A stretch of DNA of 64,000 nt. Source: Trichormus sp. ATA11-4-KO1. GTDB taxonomy: Bacteria > Cyanobacteriota > Cyanobacteriia > Cyanobacteriales > Nostocaceae. Made by a program: the position numbers and the translations under genes. The notes beneath the pieces were generated by a model. It was not told the DNA's origin. It ran no database searches and saw only the letters and a program-made list of their open reading frames with translations. The number at the start of each line of letters is the position of its first letter. The first letter of the stretch is position 1. The stretch lies in the NCBI GenBank assembly GCA_019358915.1, contig JAHHIM010000016.1:1-64000 (forward strand), read 5' to 3'. Of this stretch, positions 46,575-55,243 are shown piece after piece.

Positions 46575-46600
46575 TAGAGGTGCAAGACTTTGCACCCCTA
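46575..46600. repeat. REP-like hairpin downstream of petL, possibly acting as a terminator
   Basis: tagaggtgcaa-gact-ttgcaccccta. Confidence 0.5.
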
Positions 46601-46631
46601 TTGCGTCATCGACACCAACGAAAACGCGAGA

Positions 46632-46727
46632 TTAAATCAGCTTGACAGCACGCAGACCGAACAGCAGACCTACAGCTACACCCATAAATAAAGCCAAAAA
46701 GCCAATATAAGCTATCACTCCAAACAT
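46632..46727 (-). CDS. petL: Cytochrome b6f subunit PetL (absent from the ORF track)
   Basis: Manual translation [31 protein letters not shown] (31 aa); GGAG RBS. Confidence 0.92.
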   Translation of the reverse strand: MFGVIAYIGFLALFMGVAVGLLFGLRAVKLI

Positions 46728-46911
46728 TTATTTTTCTCCACAATACTTCACTAAATCTAATTGAATCATGGGGAATGGGGAATGGGGAATAGGGAATAGG
46801 GAGTGGGGAGAAAGAACTTAAATATTAGTAACCTCCCCCCATCCCCTTGTCTCCCTACTCATCAATATTGCGATAGAATACGACCCACAGGCGCTTGTTT
46901 GGGGTTGGGCA

Positions 46912-48024
46912 ATGACTTCTGTAATTAACGTAAATCTACCGCAGCAGTCTTATGAGATTGCGATCGCACCTGCAAATTTAGATCAACTGGGTCAACGGAT
47001 GGCCAGTTTGCAGCTAGGTAAAAAGGTATTGGTGGTTTCTAATCCCACTATTTTTAAACATTATGGGGAAAGAGCGATAACTTCGTTAAGCTCCGCTAAC
47101 GCTTCCCTCACATCTGCGGGATTTGCAGTGGCTAGCTACAATCTACCGCCTGGTGAACGCTACAAAACCCTCAACTCTATCCAAAAACTCTACGATGTTG
47201 CTTTAGCAAATCGCCTAGAACGTTCCTCTACGATGGTGGCTTTGGGAGGAGGGGTAATTGGTGATATGACTGGCTTTGCGGCGGCTACTTGGCTGCGGGG
47301 GATTAATGTCGTGCAAGTGCCTACAACCCTTTTAGCAATGGTAGATTCGGCAATTGGCGGCAAAACTGGCGTAAATCATCCCCACGGTAAAAACTTAATT
47401 GGCGCGTTCCATCAACCGCGTTTGGTTTTAATTGACCCAGAAGTGCTGAAAACTCTGCCTACGCGAGAGTTTCGGTCAGGAATGGCAGAGGTAATTAAAT
47501 ATGGTGTAATTTGGGATGCCGAATTATTTGCTCAGATGGAAGCGAGTAAAAATTTGCATCAACTCCGCTACATCAAACCTGAACTTATAGACTCCATATT
47601 AACGCGCTCTTGTCAAGCTAAAGCTGATGTTGTCAGCAAAGACGAGAAAGAAGCAGGATTGCGGGCAATTCTCAACTATGGTCATACCATCGGCCATGCA
47701 GTGGAAAGCTTGACGGGTTATCGTTTACTGACACATGGCGAAGCCGTTGCCATTGGCATGGTAGCAGCTGGACAGATTGCAGTCGAAATGGGGATGTGGA
47801 CAAAGGAAGACACAGAACGTCAAAATGCCCTAATTCACAAAGCAGGTTTACCGACTCGGCTACCAGAGAATGTAGATATTGAAGCAATTATCGACGCGCT
47901 GCAATTAGATAAAAAAGTCAAAGCAGGTAAAGTCAGATTTGTTTTGCCAACTCAAATTGGTGTAGTCACAGTTACCGACGAAGTGCCATCAGATATTATC
48001 CGGCAAGTGTTACGGGGAATGTAA
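46912..48024 (+). CDS. aroB: 3-dehydroquinate synthase
   Basis: [42 protein letters not shown]. Confidence 0.98.
   Translation: MTSVINVNLPQQSYEIAIAPANLDQLGQRMASLQLGKKVLVVSNPTIFKHYGERAITSLSSANASLTSAGFAVASYNLPPGERYKTLNSIQKLYDVALANRLERSSTMVALGGGVIGDMTGFAAATWLRGINVVQVPTTLLAMVDSAIGGKTGVNHPHGKNLIGAFHQPRLVLIDPEVLKTLPTREFRSGMAEVIKYGVIWDAELFAQMEASKNLHQLRYIKPELIDSILTRSCQAKADVVSKDEKEAGLRAILNYGHTIGHAVESLTGYRLLTHGEAVAIGMVAAGQIAVEMGMWTKEDTERQNALIHKAGLPTRLPENVDIEAIIDALQLDKKVKAGKVRFVLPTQIGVVTVTDEVPSDIIRQVLRGM
47079..47099. mobile_element. 21-nt small dispersed repeat (SDR5-like) inserted in a HIP1 site
   Basis: GCGAT[aacttcgttaagctccgctaa]CGC; removing it restores GCGATCGC in frame. Confidence 0.85.
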
Positions 48025-48070
48025 TTTATGAGCCAATTACAATTAAAACTAGCCTCAGCTAGTGTGCGCC

Positions 48071-48643
48071 ATGATACTCCAAGCTAATAATCAATTGACC
48101 TTAGAAGAGTTTTTGCATCTTCCCCCTGGTGAGGGAGATGTCACCTATGAACTCGTGGATGGTCAGGCAATTCCTAAGATGTCACCAAAATTTTTTCATG
48201 CTAAACTTACCCGCGAACTCATAAAATTGATTGAGCAATGCTGTCAGGGTAAAGGAGAGGTTTGTCCACAATGGGCAGTTAAATTAACCCGTCTGGGTCG
48301 AGATTGGATGCCAATACCAGATATATTGTACGTTTCGTATGAACGTTTACCTATTAATTGGGATGAAGACGAAGCTTGTCCAGTTCCTCCCGATTTGGTG
48401 ATTGAGATTATCTCGCCAGGACAAACTTTTGGACAAATGATAGCGAAAGCGAAAGATTATTTAGATGCTAAAGTGCTGCGGGTTTGGGTAGTAGATAGTC
48501 AAGCTAGAAGTATTACTGTTTTTTACCCAGACGCAGCACCACAAACTTATATGGGAGATGAACTACTCACAGATTCTTTATTTGAAGGATGGGAATTTAC
48601 TGTTGAACAAGTGTTTCAAAAGGCAAAAATACCTTTAAATTAA
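48071..48643 (+). CDS. Uma2 family (DUF820) endonuclease-like protein
   Basis: LTLEEFL, YELVDG, PDILYVS, PDLVIEIISPG. Confidence 0.92.
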   Translation: MILQANNQLTLEEFLHLPPGEGDVTYELVDGQAIPKMSPKFFHAKLTRELIKLIEQCCQGKGEVCPQWAVKLTRLGRDWMPIPDILYVSYERLPINWDEDEACPVPPDLVIEIISPGQTFGQMIAKAKDYLDAKVLRVWVVDSQARSITVFYPDAAPQTYMGDELLTDSLFEGWEFTVEQVFQKAKIPLN

Positions 48644-49251
48644 TCATTACGTAGCAAAACATACAAATTTTGCTGATTACCACGCATCAGACGGAAATTT
48701 TTATCCAAATAGGTAATATCTGACCAGCCACTAAATGAGAGGGTTGATTTCAGAGGTGAATCTTTATCGACTCCTAAAGCCTCACGAAAGTCAGACTCGC
48801 TCAAATCGTTGCTGGCGATGTTGACAGATGTTTCCCAAAAATCAATATTGAGACGCTGAGAATTTTCCACTGTGTAGCGTCCTGAAACTAGAGTAATACC
48901 TTGGACATCAGAAGCAGCAGTAAATTCAATCAGATTATTATATTTTTTATCAACAGTATTAACTTCTTGAAAAATGCCAGTAACGTTAACTTTCACATTC
49001 GGTAATTTGCCAAAAGAAAGACGTTGCAGTGTAGTTTCTCGTTCTAATCCGAATGTACTGTATAACAGTTGCCAGCGACCTTGAACTAAATCCATTTTGT
49101 TTGTGGGTTCAGGTGTGGGATTTAAAGCTTCAAGAGATGCTGCTAATGTTTCGATTTGCTCTTTAGCTGTTGGTATGTAGTTAAATCCAATATCGCTGGC
49201 TTGGGAAATAGAAATAAGTTCTTGTTTGAGGTTTGTTAATTCACTCATCAT
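48640..49251 (-). CDS. PAP/fibrillin family protein
   Basis: LEALNPTPEP, GRWQLLYST, ITYLDKNFRLMRGN. Confidence 0.9.
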   Translation of the reverse strand: MMSELTNLKQELISISQASDIGFNYIPTAKEQIETLAASLEALNPTPEPTNKMDLVQGRWQLLYSTFGLERETTLQRLSFGKLPNVKVNVTGIFQEVNTVDKKYNNLIEFTAASDVQGITLVSGRYTVENSQRLNIDFWETSVNIASNDLSESDFREALGVDKDSPLKSTLSFSGWSDITYLDKNFRLMRGNQQNLYVLLRND

Positions 49252-49381
49252 CGTGCTTTCCAAAACAATTTGCCTTGAGCATACTAGAAGATTTAATTAT
49301 TTGCTGAGGAACCCTTGTGAAATCTGGCTTTCTTAATTTTGAATTTTGAATTACTCATAGTCAAGCTAAAATGAGCCAAGT

Positions 49382-50071
49382 GTGCCTGCTTCTGCAAAGA
49401 AAATGGGTGGAACTTCCTGGAAATTAATCATCAATACTGAACGGCTGATCCTTCGTCCCCAGCAACCAAGCGATTATGAGCTTTGGTATGCTGGTTTTTC
49501 TGGGCGATTACCAAAACAACGTCAATATGATGATGGATTGGTTAGTTTAGAGCATTGCGATCGCCAGTGGTTTGCAGATTTGTGTCAGCGTCACCAACAA
49601 GAGGCGTTAACCGATCAGTTTTTCGTGTTTGGCATTTTTTCCCGTCAAACTAATCAGCATCTTGGCAATATCGACCTTTCAACGATCCGTCGCGGAGAAT
49701 ACCAGTGGGCGATTTTAGGATACGAGATTCATAACCAACACTGGCAGCAAGGCTTTGGCAAAGAAGCAGTTCGAGCCGCGCTGATTGCTGGGTTTGAGAC
49801 ATTGGGTTATCATCGCATCGAAGCCGCTATTAATCTGGATAATCAAGCATCAATTGCACTGGCTGAAAGTGTGGGTATGCACAAAGAATGTATTCGTCGC
49901 GGCTTTTTCTACGAGGATCAGCAATGGGTAGACCATTTCATTTATGTTGCTCTACCCTCTGATCTGGGATTAGTCGAAAAGCCGCCTGCGACGCACCCCA
50001 ACAACCCTAGTACACCCAACCGGATCAAACACTGTCCTCACCTATGTGACTACGGCTATATCAGCAAATAA
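49382..50071 (+). CDS. GNAT N-acetyltransferase, RimJ/RimL-like
   Basis: TERLILRP, LGYEIH..HWQQGFGKEA, HRIEA..N.ASIALAE..G. Confidence 0.9.
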   Translation: MPASAKKMGGTSWKLIINTERLILRPQQPSDYELWYAGFSGRLPKQRQYDDGLVSLEHCDRQWFADLCQRHQQEALTDQFFVFGIFSRQTNQHLGNIDLSTIRRGEYQWAILGYEIHNQHWQQGFGKEAVRAALIAGFETLGYHRIEAAINLDNQASIALAESVGMHKECIRRGFFYEDQQWVDHFIYVALPSDLGLVEKPPATHPNNPSTPNRIKHCPHLCDYGYISK

Positions 50072-50109
50072 ATCATTTCATCTGGATCGCTTGATTGACT
50101 CTATGCTCT

Positions 50110-51741
50110 TCATCTAGAAGCTTCTAGGACTGCTTCTGCTTGGGAATGTAATAACAAACCATATTCCAATCCCTCTACTACTGCTTGATAGGAAGCTGCC
50201 AAAATGTTGGGCGAAACCCCTACAGTTGTCCAGCGTTGATAACCAGTACCTGATTCCACTAGCACGCGGGTTTTGGCTGCTGTCCCCGTATGTCCGTCAA
50301 GAATCCGCACTTTGTAATCTGTCAACTCAAATGTGGCAAGTTGAGGATAAAAGTTGACCAAAGCTTTGCGTAAGGCTGCATCTAAAGCAGCGACTGGGCC
50401 ATTTCCTTCTGCTACTTCTAAAATATTTTTGCCATTAACACCGACTTTCACTGTTGCTAGGGCATTATTTGTTTCTTTGTCAACTAAATCACAATGTACT
50501 TGGAAGCCTTTAACTTCAAAAAACTGCTGGCGACCTCCCAAAGCTTCGTGCATTAATAATGCAAAACTGGCTTCTGCTGCTTCAAATTGATACCCTTCAC
50601 TTTCCAATTCTTTGAGGCGTTGGAGAATCTGTCGGGCTGCTGGTGTTTGCTTATCCAGTTCAATGCCAAAAGTACGGGCTTTGGCTAACACATTACTCAT
50701 TCCCGATTGTTCGGAGATGACAATGCGACGACGGTTACCGACTTGTTCTGGTTGAATGTGTTCGTAAGTCAGGGGATTCCGTTCTACTGCTGAGACATGA
50801 ATACCGCCTTTGTGTGCAAAAGCCGAACGCCCAACAAAGGGCGCGTGTTCATCAGGGGCAAGATTTACCACCTCGCTCACAAATCGACTAGCTTCTGTAA
50901 GCTGATTTAGCTGGTGTTCTGTGATACAGCTATAACCAAGCTTAAGTTGTAAATTGGGAATTAATGAGCAGAGGTTAGCATTACCACAACGTTCACCGTA
51001 GCCATTAATTGTACCTTGTACCATTTTTGCCCCTGCCATCACAGCAGCTAAGGCATTAGCTACAGCTGTATCCGAATCGTTATGAGTGTGAATACCAATT
51101 TGGGGGAATGGTTGTTGACAAATGACTAATGACAAATGACTAATGACTGATTCTACGATTTGGCTAACTTCGTGGGGTAACGTTCCGCCATTTGTATCAC
51201 AGAGGACTAGCCATTCAGCACCAGCTGCGATCGCAGCTTCTAATGTCAGCAAAGCATAATCTCGATTTTGCTTGTAACCATCAAACCAATGTTCAGCATC
51301 ATAAATCACGCGTCGTCCTTGAGAACGAAAGTACTCGACGGTATCGCGGATCATGGCCAAATTTTCTTCTAAAGTCGTCTTGAGACCTGCTGTAACGTGT
51401 AAATCCCAAGATTTACCAAAAATTGTCACCCAGCGAGTGCCCGCAGTGAGGATGGCTTGTAGCATCGGCTCATCTGCGGCATTGGTATTAGGGCGACGAG
51501 TTGAACAAAATGCCACAATTTCTGCTTGTTTGAGCGGATCTTCTTGTAGTTGCCAGAAGAACTGAACATCCTTAGGATTGGCACCAGGCCAACCACCTTC
51601 TATGAAGGGAACTCCCAGTTGGTCGAGTCTACGGGCAATCCGTAACTTATCTTCTATGGAAACTGATAGCCCCTCGCGCTGAGTGCCATCCCGTAACGTA
51701 GTGTCATAGAGCCAAATATGAGGTGAGGGATGTATGGTCAT
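50110..51741 (-). CDS. cimA: Citramalate synthase (LeuA-related)
   Basis: YDTTLRDGTQREG, DAEHWFDG, HTHND, GERCGNANL, AHKGGIH. Confidence 0.92.
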   Translation of the reverse strand: MTIHPSPHIWLYDTTLRDGTQREGLSVSIEDKLRIARRLDQLGVPFIEGGWPGANPKDVQFFWQLQEDPLKQAEIVAFCSTRRPNTNAADEPMLQAILTAGTRWVTIFGKSWDLHVTAGLKTTLEENLAMIRDTVEYFRSQGRRVIYDAEHWFDGYKQNRDYALLTLEAAIAAGAEWLVLCDTNGGTLPHEVSQIVESVISHLSLVICQQPFPQIGIHTHNDSDTAVANALAAVMAGAKMVQGTINGYGERCGNANLCSLIPNLQLKLGYSCITEHQLNQLTEASRFVSEVVNLAPDEHAPFVGRSAFAHKGGIHVSAVERNPLTYEHIQPEQVGNRRRIVISEQSGMSNVLAKARTFGIELDKQTPAARQILQRLKELESEGYQFEAAEASFALLMHEALGGRQQFFEVKGFQVHCDLVDKETNNALATVKVGVNGKNILEVAEGNGPVAALDAALRKALVNFYPQLATFELTDYKVRILDGHTGTAAKTRVLVESGTGYQRWTTVGVSPNILAASYQAVVEGLEYGLLLHSQAEAVLEASR

Positions 51742-51816
51742 AGAACTGAGACTTGCGAGACAACTTTGAAGGCGATGTGCCAATATACAACAAAAAGCCA
51801 GTTTGGTAATTAAAAT

Positions 51817-52131
51817 ATGCCTAAGGTACTAGCTCAAGGTAAGACAATTAAGTGCATTCGCGGAGCTAAATTAGGTCTAATTTTGCAGCAAAATGGTATT
51901 GACCTCTACAATGGCAGTGCTAGGGTAATCAATTGCCGAGGCATTGGTAGCTGTGGTATCTGTGCGGTCAAGGTAGAAGGTGAGGCATCTGCTGCAAATT
52001 GGCGTGACAAAGCGAGACGTTCGCTTCCTCCCCATTTTCCTACAACAGACCTGCGTTTAGCCTGTCAAACTGTGGTGCTAGGTGATGTAAAAGTGACAAA
52101 ATTCGCTGGATTTTGGAAGGTTCTCAAATAG
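51817..52131 (+). CDS. 2Fe-2S ferredoxin-like protein with a frameshifted C-terminus
   Basis: CRGIGSCGIC...RLACQ; an alternative frame GSQIVWKPEG* continues to 52151. Confidence 0.85.
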   Translation: MPKVLAQGKTIKCIRGAKLGLILQQNGIDLYNGSARVINCRGIGSCGICAVKVEGEASAANWRDKARRSLPPHFPTTDLRLACQTVVLGDVKVTKFAGFWKVLK

Positions 52132-52173
52132 TGTGGAAACCAGAAGGTTAGTTTAAAAAAGGAGAAAATCAAC

Positions 52174-52584
52174 ATGGGTAGATGGACACCACTAATTCTC
52201 ATGGCTGGAGGTTTGGCAATTTTACTGGGTACATTGTTAGGCATCAACTTTCCGATGGGTGGACAACAAAGTGCCAGTAATAATGCTCCCGGCGGCCGAA
52301 CATCAAAAGTCCTTCCGGCTAATATTAATGTTAATAGCTCTGCCCCCAGCCGGACTACGAATAATGGTACAACTCCTGAACGTAGGGGTGGCGTAGCCCA
52401 GGATAGTTTTACTGCGCCTAACACGCCTAATAATAGAAGCAGCGTTGCTCAAAATAATACTTCTGATGATTCGTTTTCATCACCTGAGACTACATCAGGT
52501 ACCCGAAGTACAGGGATGCAGTCAGGCACTTCATCAAGCAGTGCCGCAAATCGGGATAATCAACCTATCCGGGCTTTATGGTAA
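52174..52584 (+). CDS. Membrane-anchored low-complexity protein ending PIRALW
   Basis: AGGAG RBS, N-terminal TM helix, S/T/N-rich body. Confidence 0.75.
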   Translation: MGRWTPLILMAGGLAILLGTLLGINFPMGGQQSASNNAPGGRTSKVLPANINVNSSAPSRTTNNGTTPERRGGVAQDSFTAPNTPNNRSSVAQNNTSDDSFSSPETTSGTRSTGMQSGTSSSSAANRDNQPIRALW

Positions 52585-52660
52585 AGCTGGATAGTCGTTA
52601 GTTATGAGTTATGCGTTATTAGTTATGTACTAATGATCAATAGCTAATGATAAATGACTA

Positions 52661-54634
52661 ATGACTAGTGAAGTTTTAATTATTGGGGGCGGCGTTATTG
52701 GCTTGGCGATCGCCGTTGAGCTTAAATTGTGCGGGGCTAAGGTCACCGTGCTTTGCCATGATTATCAGGCTGCTGCTACCCATGCTGCTGCCGGGATGTT
52801 AGCGCCAGATGCAGAAAACATCCCCAATGAGGCTATGCGTTCTTTGTGTAGGCGATCGCGTGCCTTATATCCAGACTGGACACGCAAACTCGCAGATTTA
52901 ACTGGCTTAAATACTGGTTACTGGCCATGTGGGATATTAGCACCAGTTTATGAAGGACAAGGAGACAAGGTAAATGCTTCACCACTCCCAAGTTCCCACT
53001 CCCCATACTGGTTAAATCAAGTAGCAATTCATCAATATCAGCCAGGATTGGGTGCAGAAGTTGTTGGAGGCTGGTGGTATCCTGAAGACGGACAAGTTGA
53101 TAATCGCGCCTTAGCGCGCGTACTTTGGACAGCTGCTGAATCCCTTGGCGTAGAACTCAAAGACGGCATCAAAGTAGAAGCGTTTTTACAACAGCAGGGA
53201 GAAGTAAGTGGTGTACAAACCAACATCGGCACAATTCGCGCTGACCATTATGTTTTAGCCACAGGTGCTTGGTCAAATGCCTTAATCCCATTACCTGTGC
53301 GTCCTCGTAAAGGACAAATGCTGAGTGTGCGAGTACCAGAATTTGTCCCCGAATTGCCCCTGACACGGGTTTTGTTTGGCGAAAATATTTACATTGTACC
53401 GAGACGAGATCGCACTATCATTATTGGGGCAACTAGCGAAGATGTTGGCTTTACCCCCCACAACACCCCCGCAGGTATTCAAACCTTACTTCAACAAGCT
53501 ATTAACTTATATCCCCAATTACAGGATTATCCCATCCAGCAATTTTGGTGGGGATTTCGCCCAGCAACCTCTGATGAGTTACCCATCCTAGGCACTAGCC
53601 ACTGTCAAAATTTAACTTTGGCTACAGGTCATTACCGCAATGGCATATTACTTGCACCCATCACCGCCGCCTTAATTGCCGATTTGATTTGGCAACAGCA
53701 ATCTGACCCCATATTGTCTAATTTTCATTACACACGCTTCCACACCCAGTCATCTACCCCCACCTCAATGTTTACCCACTTCCCAACTCCCCAAACTCCC
53801 CACTCCCCACTCAGCACTCCCCTTCGACTTCGCTCAGGACAAGCGCACTCAGCACTTACCATAGCTGGTAAAACTTTTCAATCTCGCTTGATGACAGGAA
53901 CAGGCAAATATCGCAGCATTGAGGAAATGCAGCAAAGTATTATTGCCAGTGGTTGCGAGATTGTCACTGTAGCAGTGCGTCGAGTCCAAACGAAAGCCCC
54001 TGGACATCAAGGTTTAGCCGAAGCCCTGGATTGGACAAAAATTTGGATGTTGCCTAATACTGCCGGCTGTGAAACCGCAGAAGAAGCGATTCGCGTTGCC
54101 CGTTTGGGGCGAGAAATGGCGAAATTATTGGGACAGGAAGATAACAATTTTGTCAAGTTAGAAGTAATACCTGATCCTAAATATTTACTTCCTGACCCCA
54201 TTGGTACACTACAAGCTGCCGAACAGTTAGTGAAAGAAGGTTTTGCTGTATTGCCCTACATCAACGCCGATCCTATGCTAGCCAAGCGTTTAGAAGAAAT
54301 CGGCTGTGCTACAGTCATGCCTTTAGCATCGCCTATTGGTTCGGGACAGGGGCTAAAGACAACTGCCAATATTCAAATCATCATTGAAAATGCCAGCATA
54401 CCAGTGGTAGTAGATGCGGGAATTGGTTCACCCTCAGAAGCAGCCCAAGCAATGGAATTGGGTGCAGATGCCTTATTAATTAATAGCGCGATCGCTCTAG
54501 CCAAAAACCCCCCAGCAATGGCTCAAGCCATGAATTTAGCAGCAGTAGCCGGTCGTCTCGCATACCTCGCCGGCAGAATGCCCCTGAAAACTTATGCTAG
54601 TGCCAGTTCACCTTTAACTGGAACTATTAATTAG
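52661..54634 (+). CDS. thiO-thiG: Fused glycine oxidase ThiO / thiazole synthase ThiG
   Basis: [23 protein letters not shown], then [30 protein letters not shown] in one frame. Confidence 0.96.
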   Translation: MTSEVLIIGGGVIGLAIAVELKLCGAKVTVLCHDYQAAATHAAAGMLAPDAENIPNEAMRSLCRRSRALYPDWTRKLADLTGLNTGYWPCGILAPVYEGQGDKVNASPLPSSHSPYWLNQVAIHQYQPGLGAEVVGGWWYPEDGQVDNRALARVLWTAAESLGVELKDGIKVEAFLQQQGEVSGVQTNIGTIRADHYVLATGAWSNALIPLPVRPRKGQMLSVRVPEFVPELPLTRVLFGENIYIVPRRDRTIIIGATSEDVGFTPHNTPAGIQTLLQQAINLYPQLQDYPIQQFWWGFRPATSDELPILGTSHCQNLTLATGHYRNGILLAPITAALIADLIWQQQSDPILSNFHYTRFHTQSSTPTSMFTHFPTPQTPHSPLSTPLRLRSGQAHSALTIAGKTFQSRLMTGTGKYRSIEEMQQSIIASGCEIVTVAVRRVQTKAPGHQGLAEALDWTKIWMLPNTAGCETAEEAIRVARLGREMAKLLGQEDNNFVKLEVIPDPKYLLPDPIGTLQAAEQLVKEGFAVLPYINADPMLAKRLEEIGCATVMPLASPIGSGQGLKTTANIQIIIENASIPVVVDAGIGSPSEAAQAMELGADALLINSAIALAKNPPAMAQAMNLAAVAGRLAYLAGRMPLKTYASASSPLTGTIN

Positions 54635-54817
54635 GGAATGGGGCATTGGGCATTGGGCATTGGGTGAAATTGCTTCTATAATTCTCCCTCACTCCCCTGC
54701 TTCCCTTATCCCCTTGTCCCTACTCCCTAATGTAACGATTTATCTCTAAGTAAGAGAGTGGAATATGACGCTTATGTAACATAAAACCAATAAAAGTACA
54801 TAATAAGGAATTAATTC

Positions 54818-54997
54818 ATGCCTTATACAAACGAAGAAGGCGGTCGTTTAAATAATTTTGCCCAAGAACCAAAGATTTACCAAGCAGAACCTCCTACCAA
54901 TGAGCAAAAGCGCAACTATATTTTCTTAGGACTTGCTGCTACGGTTTTGGTTGCTGGTTTAATTTTTGTTGCCTTCTCTGTTTCTCATGTCAGTTGA
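54818..54997 (+). CDS. psb34: Photosystem II assembly factor Psb34 (Ssl1498 family; absent from the ORF track)
   Basis: Manual translation MPYTNEEGGRLNNFAQEPKIYQAEPPTNEQKRNYIFLGLAATVLVAGLIFVAFSVSHVS* (59 aa). Confidence 0.9.
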   Translation: MPYTNEEGGRLNNFAQEPKIYQAEPPTNEQKRNYIFLGLAATVLVAGLIFVAFSVSHVS

Positions 54998-55036
54998 GCA
55001 TAAAATTTTTTAATGTAATTTAATTTTTGAGTGTTA

Positions 55037-55076
55037 AAGGTTCCCATGTTAGCAGGAGCCTTATTTTTTCTTTTTT
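55037..55076 (+). terminator. Intrinsic terminator after psb34
   Basis: aaggttcc...ggagcctt stem (one G-U pair) followed by a T-rich tract. Confidence 0.6.
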
Positions 55077-55243
55077 GCTAGAATCATATAGGAAAAATAA
55101 AGTATAAATATATACTTGTAATTCTACCAAACTGAAAAGCTCGATTTATCCTGAGCAAAGTAACAATCATCATTTAGATTTTTCGTCTGCTAGGATGTGT
55201 CCGAAGAGGTTTATGTATAACATGTTTTGGCTATTTAGCCGCC

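Noticed and set aside
52585..52660. TPP riboswitch upstream of thiO-thiG
   Set aside because: The gap is short and made of heptamer-like repeats; no recognisable TPP aptamer core.
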